Shown here: one piece after another, positions 1 through 9,860 of the stretch
How the letters are laid out: each line of letters opens with the position of its first letter
How positions within the stretch are numbered: the first letter of the stretch is position 1
Source of the DNA: Psychrobacter sp. HD31
Lineage (GTDB): Bacteria; Pseudomonadota; Gammaproteobacteria; Pseudomonadales; Moraxellaceae
Assembly: GCF_051097895.1 (NCBI RefSeq)
Contig: NZ_CP142525.1
Location: 1,050,001 to 1,082,000, forward strand
DNA length: 32,000 nt
Direction: 5' to 3'
Translations under genes and position numbers: made by a program
The notes under the pieces: generated by a model
What the model was told of the DNA's origin: nothing
Database searches by the model: none
What the model saw: the letters and a program-made list of their open reading frames with translations, nothing else

Positions 1-347
1 GGGATAACAACTTTGTCCATCTTACGCATGATCATTTTACTGTCTTTCATTTCCATTGTATGGAACTCAGTTACAGCCGAAACATCAGAACTAACAGCCG
101 TTACTTCAACATCTTCGCCACCATGGTTAGTAAGAGTAAAGTAAGCAGCAGAAACTGACTGACCAGGGAATGATTCACTCACAAAAGGAGTATCTACAGT
201 AACACCACCTTGTGCGGTTTGTTCGGCATTTTGTTTCGCCTGTTCTGCTACCGTTTGTTGATTTTCTTCTGCTACTTCTTGCTTATTACAGGCTGTTAAA
301 CCTGTTGCCAAAATACCAGTTAATGCCAATGTGTATAGTTTTTTCAT
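1..347 (-). CDS. PCu(A)C-family periplasmic copper chaperone lipoprotein (N-terminal part only; gene runs off the left edge)
   Basis: Missing from the ORF track because it is truncated by the window edge. My translation of the minus strand from the ATG at 345-347 gives MKKLYTLALTGILATGLTACNKQEV...SAAYFTLTNHGGEDVEVTAVSSDVSAVTEFHTMEMKDSKMIMRKMDKVVI. It has a lipobox (LTAC) and the Y.T..N.G and E.H.M......M.MR pattern typical of PCuAC/DUF461. AGGAG sits 6 nt upstream of the ATG. The gene lies 41 bp downstream of the SCO1 gene on the same strand. Confidence 0.7.
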   Translation of the reverse strand, partial: MKKLYTLALTGILATGLTACNKQEVAEENQQTVAEQAKQNAEQTAQGGVTVDTPFVSESFPGQSVSAAYFTLTNHGGEDVEVTAVSSDVSAVTEFHTMEMKDSKMIMRKMDKVVI

Positions 348-388
348 AATATTCTCCTGAGGATAAATGTACTTTGTAAAACAAATTT

Positions 389-1054
389 TTATTTAATGTC
401 TGCTTCCTGCTGCATACGTTTGATGCGGGCTGCAAGCTCTGTTGGTGTTGTACTGTGGTTCATAGTCGTAATTAGTTTACCATTACCATCAATCATATAA
501 AAACGAGACGAATGGTCAACCGTATAACCAAGTCCAGATCCTTCTAGATCAACTAAGTCAAAAAATACGCCATAATCATCACTTACCTTATCAATTTCGT
601 CTTCTGTACCTGTAATTGCCATAATAATGTTAGGGTTCGCTTCGTTTTTAAAACGCTTGGCATAATAATCAGAAAACTGTTTTAACGATTCTAAATCATC
701 TCTGGCTGGATCTACACTAATAAAAAATACTTGGAGTTTTTCACGCTCTTCATGGTTTAACCGACCAATGGCACTAACAATCGTCCCCATTGATACAGGG
801 CAAGCTTCTGTACAATTTAGAAAACCAAAATAGGCAATAACAACTTTACCTTTATAATCACTAAGAGAAATCTCTCCCATGTGGTTTCGTAAAGTAAACT
901 CACCACCATATTCAGAAACATCTTTAAACTTCTCTCCCAGTGGTTGGTCTGATGTTGCCGCAGCAAAAATACCAATACCACACATGAGTATAAACATAAT
1001 GGTTGCAAATAAAGAAACTTTACGACGGGTTGATAAACGATCAAAAATAGCCAT
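389..1054 (-). CDS. SCO1/SenC-family copper chaperone (thioredoxin fold, membrane anchored)
   Basis: 221 aa ORF with an N-terminal TM helix, the CxxxC copper motif (FLNCTEACPVS) and a distal His in YTVDHSSRFYMID, all typical of SCO1/SenC. GGAGG lies upstream. The start is 17 bp after the cyoE stop. Confidence 0.85.
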   Translation of the reverse strand: MAIFDRLSTRRKVSLFATIMFILMCGIGIFAAATSDQPLGEKFKDVSEYGGEFTLRNHMGEISLSDYKGKVVIAYFGFLNCTEACPVSMGTIVSAIGRLNHEEREKLQVFFISVDPARDDLESLKQFSDYYAKRFKNEANPNIIMAITGTEDEIDKVSDDYGVFFDLVDLEGSGLGYTVDHSSRFYMIDGNGKLITTMNHSTTPTELAARIKRMQQEADIK

Positions 1055-1071
1055 GGCTACCTCCGATTAAC

Positions 1072-1974
1072 TTAAATAAAAAGAAAGTCTAAAGAAAGAA
1101 CGAGACTATAGACACTAACAGCAAGAATAGAGGTTAAAAATAATTTTTTACCCCAAACACGTTCGTCAAAATCATCATTTTGAGGCTGATAAAGTGAGAC
1201 TGTTTGATACATCCAAAAGACACAGATGCCACTTAACACAATCACAGAAACATAACCAATATAGCCAAACCAAAACAATAAAATAATAGACAGCCAGTAG
1301 AGTGCTGTATAAAACAGCATTTGTTTTTGAGCAGATTTAACACCTTTTACCAAAGGCAATAATGGAATTTTAGAAGCTTTGTAATCTGTTGTTCTAAAAA
1401 TAGCAATTGCATAAGAGTGTGGCATTTGCCAAGCACAAAAACCTAAAAAGATAAGTATTGCAGCTAAATCAAATTGCCCTGTGACAGCCAAATAACCGAT
1501 TACTGGGGGCGCAGCGCCAGATGCACTGCCAATCAGTGTGCCATGTACAGAGCTTCTTTTGTAAAAAACACTGTACATAACAACATATACATAAAAACCA
1601 AATAACCCTGTTAAAAAAGCAGGGAATGTTGTAAAAAAATACAAAACTAAAAAACCAGCCATACCAAGTGCATAAGCATATAGCATCGCTGATTTTTTAG
1701 TGATTTTACCGACAACTAGTGCTCTTTTTTGAGTACGAGTCATCAGTGAATCAATATCTGTATCAATAATGTTATTAAAGACGCAGCCTGATGCAACAAT
1801 CAAGCTCACACCTAAAATAGTAAGCGCATATAAAGCAAGGTCTAAACTGCCACCGGAAGCAAGCATAAAGCCGCCAGTTGCTGCTATACAATTGCCCCAA
1901 ATAATGCCAGGTTTGGCAAGATGATAATAAGCTTTAATCATATCACTGCTTATAATACGCTCAGCCTGAATCAT
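1072..1974 (-). CDS. cyoE: Protoheme IX farnesyltransferase (heme O synthase)
   Basis: 300 aa polytopic membrane protein that is collinear with E. coli CyoE (KPGIIWGN, VASGCVFNN.ID.DID, GAAPPVIGY, WQMPHSYAIAIFR). The start may instead be the internal Met at 1941 (MIKAYYHLAKPG). Confidence 0.9.
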   Translation of the reverse strand: MIQAERIISSDMIKAYYHLAKPGIIWGNCIAATGGFMLASGGSLDLALYALTILGVSLIVASGCVFNNIIDTDIDSLMTRTQKRALVVGKITKKSAMLYAYALGMAGFLVLYFFTTFPAFLTGLFGFYVYVVMYSVFYKRSSVHGTLIGSASGAAPPVIGYLAVTGQFDLAAILIFLGFCAWQMPHSYAIAIFRTTDYKASKIPLLPLVKGVKSAQKQMLFYTALYWLSIILLFWFGYIGYVSVIVLSGICVFWMYQTVSLYQPQNDDFDERVWGKKLFLTSILAVSVYSLVLSLDFLFI

Positions 1975-1977
1975 TAA

Positions 1978-2319
1978 TTAATGACCCATTAACATATTGT
2001 GGTGCAAGTGGGTGAAAATCCACATAGAACCGATAATAACAACAACAAAGATGAACAAGGTATAAATACCTGTTGATACATTCCAAGATTGCTCTGAAGA
2101 TGAATTCATATGTAGAAAGAAAATCGCCTGTACTAATAACTGTGCAATAGCACAAAGCATAATAACAGCAATGGCTACCGCACCAGATGCAGCACCCGTC
2201 ATTACCATACCAAATGGTACGACCGTTAGTACAATTGATAAAATAAGACCAGTTACATACTCTTTTACGCTACCGTGGCTAGCACCACCGTGACCGTGTG
2301 TATCGTTATGATTTCCCAT
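1978..2319 (-). CDS. cyoD: Cytochrome o ubiquinol oxidase subunit IV
   Basis: 113 aa with the N-terminal ...GASHGSVKEYVTG motif as in E. coli CyoD, three TM helices, and a position between cyoC and cyoE. Confidence 0.85.
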   Translation of the reverse strand: MGNHNDTHGHGGASHGSVKEYVTGLILSIVLTVVPFGMVMTGAASGAVAIAVIMLCAIAQLLVQAIFFLHMNSSSEQSWNVSTGIYTLFIFVVVIIGSMWIFTHLHHNMLMGH

Positions 2320-2933
2320 TACAATGCTCCCACTAAGTAAACAACACTAAATACACAAATCCAAATAATATCTAGGAAGTGCCAAAATAAAGACAGCATT
2401 GACAAACGAACCATGTTATTGCTGCTAAATCCATCACGCATAAAATGGAATGCCAAAACAATCATCCAAATTAAACCTGCTGTCACGTGCAAACCGTGTG
2501 TACCGATTAGTCCAAAAAAGCCAGACCAATAACCACTATTTTGAGGAGATGCCCCAATATGTAATAGGTGATTAAATTCGTACAATTCCATACAAATAAA
2601 ACCAAAACCTAATAACCAGGTGATTACTAACCACATAATGGTACGTGATTTATTTTTAGCATATGCACCAAGCATTGCCATTCCGAAAGTAAAACTACTT
2701 ACCAATAGTAATGCTGTTTCACCTGCTACAAAATTTAAATCTAATACTTCTTGTGGGTCAACTTGCCCAACGGTACTACTCATACTAAGGACTACATATG
2801 TTGCAAACATAGTGGCAAACAATAGGCAGTCACTCATGATATAAGTCCAGAAACCGAACATCGCTAAATCGCCAGAATCATGATGATCGTCATGACCGTC
2901 ATGCATACCTGCTGTAATTTGATCAGTTGCCAT
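2319..2933 (-). CDS. cyoC: Cytochrome o ubiquinol oxidase subunit III
   Basis: 204 aa with a His-rich N-terminus followed by FGFWTYIMSDC... and ...FWHFLDIIWI.VF..VYL, as in CyoC/CoxIII-family proteins. Its stop overlaps the cyoD start by 1 nt. Confidence 0.9.
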   Translation of the reverse strand: MATDQITAGMHDGHDDHHDSGDLAMFGFWTYIMSDCLLFATMFATYVVLSMSSTVGQVDPQEVLDLNFVAGETALLLVSSFTFGMAMLGAYAKNKSRTIMWLVITWLLGFGFICMELYEFNHLLHIGASPQNSGYWSGFFGLIGTHGLHVTAGLIWMIVLAFHFMRDGFSSNNMVRLSMLSLFWHFLDIIWICVFSVVYLVGAL

Positions 2934-3039
2934 AATTATATTCTCGCTTAAAAATTTATTTTACAAATCATTTATAGAGTCAAAATGGTGAGGTAGCAAA
3001 ACAAACAATCAATTCACTATTTTATTTTGTTACCTTGCT

Positions 3040-3069
3040 GTTACTTTTGCCTAGTAAGGCAAAAGTAAC
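3040..3069 (-). other. Perfect 12-bp stem / 6-nt loop hairpin in the cyoB-cyoC spacer
   Basis: The sequence is GTTACTTTTGCC-tagtaa-GGCAAAAGTAAC (3040-3051 pairs with 3058-3069). No U-run follows it on the transcribed (minus) strand, so it is not a canonical intrinsic terminator. Confidence 0.5.
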
Positions 3070-3083
3070 CTGACAATCATCTA

Positions 3084-5123
3084 TTATGAGTTCTGACTTT
3101 TATAGTTTTCCCAATACTTAGCCTCGTCGGCTTCAATTTCATCAAGCTGTACATAAAAATCACGGTCTTTATTAAAGCTATATGCAAACCAAACAACAAT
3201 CATGGCTACAAATGAAATTGCTGCTAACCACCAAATATACCAGATCATTGCAAAACCAAATACTGTTGCAAACAACCCGATAAACACACCAGCTGAAGTA
3301 TATTTAGGCATATGAATTTTGCTATAGCTTGCTGGTTGTACATGTTGACCATCTTGCTTTCTGTAATGGTAATCATCAACCTGGCTAACACGTGGTGTTG
3401 TAGCAAAGTTATAATGTGGTGGTGGTGAACTCATAGACCACTCAAGTGTACGACCACCCCATGGATCACCAGTTACATCAATATGTTCTGGCTCATTGCG
3501 ACGAATAAAGCTGATAACAAAGTTATAAATTTGAACCGCAATACCCGCAAGGATAATCAAAGCACCTGCAAATGAAATATATAATAATGGCTGTAAACTT
3601 GCATCGGCAATATAGTTAAGACGACGTGTCATACCATCTAGACCAGCAAAGTATTTAGGCATCCACGCAACAAAGAAACCAATTACCCATAAAGCACAAG
3701 CCAATTTACCTAGCTTCTCATCTAACTTGTGACCCATTGCTTTAGGATACCAATAAGTAACACCTGCAAAATAGCCAAATACCGCACCACCAACAATGGT
3801 GTTGTGGAAGTGAGCAACTAAGAACATAGAGTTATGCAATACAAAGTCGTTTGAAGGAATAGCAAGCATAACACCTGTCATACCACCAATTGTAAATGTT
3901 GTTAAGAAAGCCAGTACCCACCACATAGAGGCAGAGAACTCAACACGACCTTTATACATAGTAAAGATGTAGTTAAACAACTTAACACCTGTTGGGATAC
4001 CAATCATCATAGTCATGATACCAAAGAAGGCATTCACACTAGCACCAGAACCCATCGTAAAGAAGTGGTGCAACCATACGATAAACGATAAAATCATGAT
4101 TGATAATGTTGCCCAAACCATTGAGCTGTAACCAAACAGTTTTTTACGTGAGAAGGTAGAAGTTACATCAGCTAAGATACCTAATGCTGGTAGTAATAAG
4201 AAGTAAACTTCTGGGTGACCCCATGCCCATACAAGGTTAACCCACATCATTTGGTTACCACCAAGATCAGAGGTAAAGAAGTGCGTACCTAAATAACGAT
4301 CTAAGGTTAACATTGCAATTGCTGCAGCAAATAATGGGAAGATTAGTACCGCAATACCACTTGCTGCTAATGATGTCCAAGTGAACATTGGCATTTTCCA
4401 AAGTGTCATACCTGGCGCACGCATTTTTAGGATGGTAACAATAAAGTTAACGGCAGTTAATGTTGAGCCTAAACCAGATATTTGCAATGACCATATCCAG
4501 TAATCAACACCTACCCATGGGCTAAGTTCAATACCTGTTAATGGGACATAAGCAAGCCAACCAGATGCAGCAAACTCACCCAAGAAAAGTGACATCATAC
4601 ATAAGATAACACCACTCACAAACAACCAAAAACTTAACGAGTTTAGCATTGGGAAGGCAACATCACGTGCACCAATTTGTAATGGTACGGCAATGTTCAT
4701 AAGTCCCACCAAAATTGGTGTTGCGACAAAGAAAATCATGATAACACCATGCGCCGTAAAGACTTGGTCATAGTGTTCTGGGGGTAAATAACCTGCACCT
4801 TCAAAGGACTGACTCACCGCAAGTGCTTGGTGAGAAGTCATCATCAACGCATCAGCAAAACCACGTACCAGCATCACTAATGCAACAACAATATACATGA
4901 TACCAATTTTTTTGTGGTCAACCGAGGTTAGCCAATCTGTCCAAAGTGGCTTCCATAAATTAAATTTGAACATTACAGCTAAAGCAATCAAACCAACAAG
5001 TGCTGCAACAGCAAATGTGCCCATCAAGATTGGTTCATGCAAAAATGCAAGAGAATCCATAGTCAGGCGACCAGTTAACGGGTCTGCCTCTGACATTGGT
5101 ATAAGGGTATAATGACTTGACAT
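3084..5123 (-). CDS. cyoB: Cytochrome o ubiquinol oxidase subunit I (heme-copper oxidase catalytic subunit)
   Basis: 679 aa carrying [20 protein letters not shown] and HHFFTMG, the hallmark motifs of heme-copper oxidase subunit I and close to E. coli CyoB. Start choice (5123 versus the Met 9 codons in) is uncertain. Confidence 0.95.
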   Translation of the reverse strand: MSSHYTLIPMSEADPLTGRLTMDSLAFLHEPILMGTFAVAALVGLIALAVMFKFNLWKPLWTDWLTSVDHKKIGIMYIVVALVMLVRGFADALMMTSHQALAVSQSFEGAGYLPPEHYDQVFTAHGVIMIFFVATPILVGLMNIAVPLQIGARDVAFPMLNSLSFWLFVSGVILCMMSLFLGEFAASGWLAYVPLTGIELSPWVGVDYWIWSLQISGLGSTLTAVNFIVTILKMRAPGMTLWKMPMFTWTSLAASGIAVLIFPLFAAAIAMLTLDRYLGTHFFTSDLGGNQMMWVNLVWAWGHPEVYFLLLPALGILADVTSTFSRKKLFGYSSMVWATLSIMILSFIVWLHHFFTMGSGASVNAFFGIMTMMIGIPTGVKLFNYIFTMYKGRVEFSASMWWVLAFLTTFTIGGMTGVMLAIPSNDFVLHNSMFLVAHFHNTIVGGAVFGYFAGVTYWYPKAMGHKLDEKLGKLACALWVIGFFVAWMPKYFAGLDGMTRRLNYIADASLQPLLYISFAGALIILAGIAVQIYNFVISFIRRNEPEHIDVTGDPWGGRTLEWSMSSPPPHYNFATTPRVSQVDDYHYRKQDGQHVQPASYSKIHMPKYTSAGVFIGLFATVFGFAMIWYIWWLAAISFVAMIVVWFAYSFNKDRDFYVQLDEIEADEAKYWENYKSQNS

Positions 5124-5200
5124 AAGTACTACCTTTTGTTAATCAATTATTAAATTTTTCACTAAAATATTAGCTTAAAATATTTAATGGTGGTTGCACT

Positions 5201-6166
5201 TTAGTGTGCATCAGCCTTGCCATGTGAGTCTTCACTATGGGCTTCGCCATGAGCATCACCATGATGTGCTGCTGGTGCAGGTTGGTTCAAGCCAGCATTT
5301 TCATCAATAATATCTTTAAAGCGTAATGGATCTTCGTTTACATAGTACTCAACTGGATTATCACGCGACTTTATTTTTAGTTTTGCGTAAGTAGCATCAT
5401 CAAGAGTACTGCCAGAGTTTTTAACGCCGTTTACCCAAGCATCATAACCTGCTTTATCTTTAGCCAGTACATTAAAGCGCATGCCACTAAAACCAAAACC
5501 ACTATAGTTAGATGAGATACCTTTATATACCCCTTCTTCATCAGCCAACAAGTTTAACTTGTTTTCCATGCCACTCATTGCATAAAGCTGACCACCTAAA
5601 CGTGGAATAAAGAACGAGTTAATTGCAGCATCGGAAGTTAACAAGAACTGAACAGGCTTATCTACTGGTACCGCAATTTCATTTACGGTTGCAATACCCT
5701 CTTCTGGATAGATAAACAACCATTTCCAATCCAGTGCAACAACTTGAATTTTTAATGGTCGTTCCTGTGGATTATTTGGTGATACAATTTCTTTGTGAGG
5801 GTCAAGCGAATGAGAAGTTTTATAAGCTTCTACTCCTAAAATAGCAATAATTGCAATTGGGATACCCCAAACAATCATTTCTATAATATTTGAGTGTGAC
5901 CATTCTGGTTTAAATTCTGCCTTATCATTACCTGCACGGTATTTATAAGGGATATAAACAGATAAAAAGATGGTCGGAATAACCACAATTAACATTAGCA
6001 ATACTGTATATATCATTGTATCGCCAATTGCTTGACCAACTGGCCCTTTAGAATCAAACAATGCCAAATCTTTACATGCTGTTAGTGACATTGTCATCAA
6101 TGGGAGGCTTGCAATACTTGCTAGCTTTTTTACACGTTTTGAAGATACTACCATGAGTCTATTCAT
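5201..6166 (-). CDS. cyoA: Cytochrome o ubiquinol oxidase subunit II (lipoprotein, no CuA site)
   Basis: 321 aa with a lipobox (LTAC), two TM helices and FFIPRLGGQLYAMSGM...YSGFGFSGMRF matching E. coli CyoA. The only Cys is the lipobox Cys, so the CuA ligands are absent. Confidence 0.9.
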   Translation of the reverse strand: MNRLMVVSSKRVKKLASIASLPLMTMSLTACKDLALFDSKGPVGQAIGDTMIYTVLLMLIVVIPTIFLSVYIPYKYRAGNDKAEFKPEWSHSNIIEMIVWGIPIAIIAILGVEAYKTSHSLDPHKEIVSPNNPQERPLKIQVVALDWKWLFIYPEEGIATVNEIAVPVDKPVQFLLTSDAAINSFFIPRLGGQLYAMSGMENKLNLLADEEGVYKGISSNYSGFGFSGMRFNVLAKDKAGYDAWVNGVKNSGSTLDDATYAKLKIKSRDNPVEYYVNEDPLRFKDIIDENAGLNQPAPAAHHGDAHGEAHSEDSHGKADAH

Positions 6167-6500
6167 CCCAATTTGTTACTTTGTTTGTAGCTGCAATTAA
6201 CAAGCTACGAGTATTAAAAAAACAAATAAATTATGCCATTTTATAAAAAAATTAAGCCAGCTTAACCTGCTATATTGCTGCCCTAATAATTAGTGTGATA
6301 CATTAATGAATTAAGCTAAAAGAAGATTTTTATCATCCTTAATTTGCTTTATTCCCATTATGTTGATCAAACAAATGTTTCACTATATGCAATGACCAAA
6401 AAATCTACTAAAATTAAAATGGATATTGCCACATTTTAACATAAAACAGCAATAAAAGTGCAATATTTGCGGTAATAATGGTTAAGCTATTAAATATTCA

Positions 6501-7100
6501 TTAAAACTGTCCAACATTGCGTGTGCCTACTTTTTCTTTATAAAACACACCTAATAATTTTGTATATTCACCATCTGAAGGAAACTGAAACCAATAATTT
6601 ACCATGGCATTTTCGTGCTCAACAATTTTTACACTAAACAAGATTGGTATTTTATTCGCCGATTTTTTATTGCCATATTTCTCTGCAATAATTTTATTAA
6701 ACTCGGTTTTATCACGTTTCCCGTTTTCTACCCTAGGCTCAAACCCCCATTGCATGGGCTTATAACCAACTATTTTACCGTACTTTGCTTCAGCGTCGTT
6801 TAATACTTTCGCAACATCTTCTTCGGTTAATAAGGGTTTTATTTCTTCAAGCACATAATCATCAGCAATTGTTTTGGCATCTTTGGCAATCATTAAGTCT
6901 AATACTTGATTGCTGGTCACGAGGGCTTTTTCATACTGTAAAAAATCTTCGTTAATTGGATTCTCTAAATAATCATCTTGATACGTTCCAGAACGCCCAG
7001 AAGAACGCGTATCATAATTACACGCCGTTACGGTAGAAAGCGTTAACGTACCGACCATAACCACACCAACTAATTTCTTTATTATTGAACTTTTATTCAT
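6501..7100 (-). CDS. Hypothetical lipoprotein (unknown function)
   Basis: I trimmed the 252-aa ORF to Met54 (ATG at 7098-7100). This gives a signal peptide plus lipobox, MNKSSIIKKLVGVVMVGTLTLSTVTAC. The longer form would run across the argG terminator and overlap the argG 3' end. I recognise no family. Confidence 0.6.
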   Translation of the reverse strand: MNKSSIIKKLVGVVMVGTLTLSTVTACNYDTRSSGRSGTYQDDYLENPINEDFLQYEKALVTSNQVLDLMIAKDAKTIADDYVLEEIKPLLTEEDVAKVLNDAEAKYGKIVGYKPMQWGFEPRVENGKRDKTEFNKIIAEKYGNKKSANKIPILFSVKIVEHENAMVNYWFQFPSDGEYTKLLGVFYKEKVGTRNVGQF

Positions 7101-7170
7101 ATCCAGTCTCTTACTTATTTTATTTTTTTGCTGACCTTTACTTAACTTATAACCGATGCAAAAATGCATT

Positions 7171-7204
7171 AAAAAAACGCCACTTAAGATAAGCAGCGTT
7201 TTAT
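7171..7204 (-). terminator. Rho-independent terminator after argG
   Basis: The minus-strand RNA reads AAAACGCUGCUUAUCUUAAGUGGCGUUUUUUU, a roughly 9-bp stem (two G-U pairs) followed by U7, starting 6 nt after the argG stop. Confidence 0.55.
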
Positions 7205-7209
7205 AAAAT

Positions 7210-8445
7210 TTAAGACAAATCACGTCCTTTGCTGGCTTCAATCGAGAGACGAAGCCCATTTAAGCGGATAAAGCCTTCGGCATCTTTTTGGTCATATGCC
7301 CCTGCATCATCTTCAAAAGTGGCAATCTTCTCATCAAATAATGAGTTGCCTGATTTACGGCCTGCATTAATAACATTGCCTTTGTACAACTTCAAACGCA
7401 CAACACCACTCACATATTCTTGTGATTTGTCAATCAGTGCTTGTAGCATTTCACGCTCTGGGCTAAACCAAAAACCGTTATAGATTAATTTGGCATATTT
7501 AGGCATGATTTCATCTTTTAAGTGAGCCGCTTCACGATCAAGTGTAATAGACTCAATTGCACGGTGCCCTTTTAGCATGATGGTACCTGCTGGTGTTTCA
7601 TAACAACCACGAGACTTCATACCAACAAAACGGTTTTCAACGATATCCAAACGACCAATACCATGCTTACCACCGAGTTCATTGAGCTTAATCATCACTT
7701 CATATGGCTTCATCGCTTCGCCATTAATGGCAACAATATCACCTTTTTCATAAGTTAATTCAACATACTCTGCTTCATCTGGTGCATTTTCTGGACTAAC
7801 AGACCAACGCCACATATCTTCTTCTGCTTCTGCATATGGGTCTTCTAACAAACCACCTTCGTATGAAATGTGCAATAGGTTGGCATCCATCGAATAAGGT
7901 GATTTCTTTTTATTAGCAGCAAAGTCGATAGGAATGTCATGAGTTTCAGCATATTGCATTAGGCTTTCACGACTTGATAAGTCCCACTCACGCCAAGGTG
8001 CAATGGTTTTTAGATGCGGGTCAAGCGCAATTGCACCCAATTCAAAACGTACTTGGTCATTGCCTTTACCTGTTGCACCATGGCTAATGGCATCAGCATC
8101 ATGCTGTTTGGCAATTTCTACCAAACGTTTGGCAATTAGTGGACGTGCGATTGATGTACCTAATAAGTATTCGCCTTCGTAAATAGCATTGGCACGAAAC
8201 ATAGGGAACACATAATCACGCGCAAATTCTTCTCGCAAATCTTCAATATGGATGTTAGTAATGCCCATTGCTTCTGCTTTTGCACGTGCTGGCTCTACTT
8301 CTTCACCCTGACCAATGTCTGCTGTAAAAGTAATGACTTCTGCATCATAGGTTTCTTGCAACCATCTGGCAATAATAGAAGTATCAAGACCACCCGAATA
8401 CGCTAAAACAATTTTATTGATTTTACTTTTATCAATTTTTGACAT
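7210..8445 (-). CDS. argG: Argininosuccinate synthase
   Basis: 411 aa with the N-terminal [12 protein letters not shown]-binding motif and [13 protein letters not shown], a full-length type-I ArgG pattern. AGGAG lies upstream. Confidence 0.95.
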   Translation of the reverse strand: MSKIDKSKINKIVLAYSGGLDTSIIARWLQETYDAEVITFTADIGQGEEVEPARAKAEAMGITNIHIEDLREEFARDYVFPMFRANAIYEGEYLLGTSIARPLIAKRLVEIAKQHDADAISHGATGKGNDQVRFELGAIALDPHLKTIAPWREWDLSSRESLMQYAETHDIPIDFAANKKKSPYSMDANLLHISYEGGLLEDPYAEAEEDMWRWSVSPENAPDEAEYVELTYEKGDIVAINGEAMKPYEVMIKLNELGGKHGIGRLDIVENRFVGMKSRGCYETPAGTIMLKGHRAIESITLDREAAHLKDEIMPKYAKLIYNGFWFSPEREMLQALIDKSQEYVSGVVRLKLYKGNVINAGRKSGNSLFDEKIATFEDDAGAYDQKDAEGFIRLNGLRLSIEASKGRDLS

Positions 8446-8674
8446 TAAAAACTCCTAACACATCTTTTTAAATATTTTATTAAAAGGGACAACAAGTTAC
8501 ATATCACTATAATTTTACATCATTACACCTATTTACAAAAGCATTGTAGATAATAATTAATTAATATTTAGATTGACTAAAATTCTAATTCATAAAATCA
8601 AAGGCAATAATCTGCTACAATATTTGTTGTACAAGCGCACAAACCAACCACAAAAAAGCCAAGGGAGAGACCAC

Positions 8675-9754
8675 ATGAGCCCATCGCCAAATAATACCGA
8701 AATCACAATTATTCAGCCTGATGACTGGCATATCCATTTGCGTGATGGTGATGCCCTACAAACAACCGTCCCCCATGCTGCGGATAGCTTTAACCGTCTG
8801 ATTTGCATGCCAAACCTTGTACCACCTGTTAAAACAACAGAACAAGCCATTGGTTATCGCGAGCGTATCATGCAGGCTTTGCAAAACTCAAACATTAGCG
8901 ATGATAGAAAACAGAGTTTTGACCCTCGTATGGTTTTATATCTAACTGATAACACCAAACCAGAAGACATCATCAATGCTAAAAAATCTGGTGTTGTACA
9001 AGCGGTAAAACTCTACCCTGCTGGCGCAACAACCAACTCCGCAGATGGTGTAACCGATATTAAAAACTGTGTGCAAGTGATTGATGAAATGCAAAAGCAA
9101 GGCATACCATTACTGGTCCATGGTGAGGTTACTCACAGCCATGTTGATATTTTTGATAGAGAAAAGAAGTTTTTAGATGAGGTGCTAAGTCCACTTATCC
9201 AACAGTTTCCTGAACTCAAGGTTGTTTGTGAGCACATTACCACCGCTGATGCCGCTGAATTTGTACTGGCGCAAAGCAACAACGTGGCAGCAACCATCAC
9301 TCCACAGCATTTATTATTTAACCGTAACCATATGTTGGTGGGTGGCATTAAGCCACATTTTTATTGCCTACCCATTTTAAAACGCCAAACTCATCAAAAA
9401 ACATTAATAGAAGTTGCTACCAGCGGCAGTCCAAAGTTCTTTTTAGGTACAGACTCAGCGCCACATGCCACTCATGCAAAAGAAAACGCCTGTGGTTGTG
9501 CTGGTTGTTACAGTGCTTCTATTGCTTTGCCACTTTATGCCAGTGCTTTTGATGCCGTTGGCAAAATCGATAAATTAGAAGGGTTTGCCAGCCTTTTTGG
9601 TCCTAAGTTTTATGGCTTACCTGTTAATGAGAGCCATATCACCTTAGTAAAAACACCGATGCAAGTACCAAATAGCTACGACTACTTTGATAACAGTACA
9701 ATCACACCTTTAATGGCTGGCGAACATTTAGATTGGACAATTAAAGCAAGTTAA
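8675..9754 (+). CDS. pyrC: Dihydroorotase (class II, homodimeric type)
   Basis: Collinear with E. coli PyrC ([55 protein letters not shown]). I chose the ATG at 8675, which is preceded by GGGAGAG, over the TTG at 8573 used in the ORF track. Confidence 0.9.
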   Translation: MSPSPNNTEITIIQPDDWHIHLRDGDALQTTVPHAADSFNRLICMPNLVPPVKTTEQAIGYRERIMQALQNSNISDDRKQSFDPRMVLYLTDNTKPEDIINAKKSGVVQAVKLYPAGATTNSADGVTDIKNCVQVIDEMQKQGIPLLVHGEVTHSHVDIFDREKKFLDEVLSPLIQQFPELKVVCEHITTADAAEFVLAQSNNVAATITPQHLLFNRNHMLVGGIKPHFYCLPILKRQTHQKTLIEVATSGSPKFFLGTDSAPHATHAKENACGCAGCYSASIALPLYASAFDAVGKIDKLEGFASLFGPKFYGLPVNESHITLVKTPMQVPNSYDYFDNSTITPLMAGEHLDWTIKAS

Positions 9755-9860
9755 TCGCATCGTTAGTTTTACAATAACCATGCTCACTTACTAAAATTTG
9801 GCTGTTAAAAACGCATTATTTTTAGTTTACGGTTTTGTTTTACACCAGCAAATCGCTTGT

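Noticed and set aside
5201-5290. The His-rich C-terminal tail of CyoA (AAHHGDAHGEAHSEDSHGKADAH), considered as a possible novel metal-binding appendage. I also considered the His-rich N-termini of CyoC and CyoD.
   Set aside because: From memory, E. coli CyoA, CyoC and CyoD carry comparable His/Met-rich termini. This is a family trait, not a novelty.
6294-6376. CRP-like (TGTGAtacattAATGA, 6294-6309) and FNR-like (TTGATcaaaCAAAT, 6363-6376) half-sites upstream of cyoA.
   Set aside because: Only one half of each palindrome matches its consensus. In ~75 percent AT sequence such matches are expected by chance.
7101-7259. An N-terminal 53-codon extension of the lipoprotein ORF (track ORF 6501..7259).
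   Set aside because: The extension would read through the argG terminator hairpin and overlap the argG 3' end by 50 nt. The internal Met54 yields a textbook signal peptide and lipobox.
8573-8674. A TTG-initiated 34-codon extension of pyrC.
   Set aside because: Homology to E. coli PyrC begins just after the ATG at 8675, which has a GGGAGAG SD. The extension is unconserved and basic.
8446-8674. I looked for ARG boxes (TGAAT-N4-ATTCA type) and a clear divergent promoter pair in the argG-pyrC intergenic region.
   Set aside because: There are only isolated ATTCA/ATTCT half-sites (8583-8593) and no palindromic box. Promoter hexamers there are too degenerate to call.
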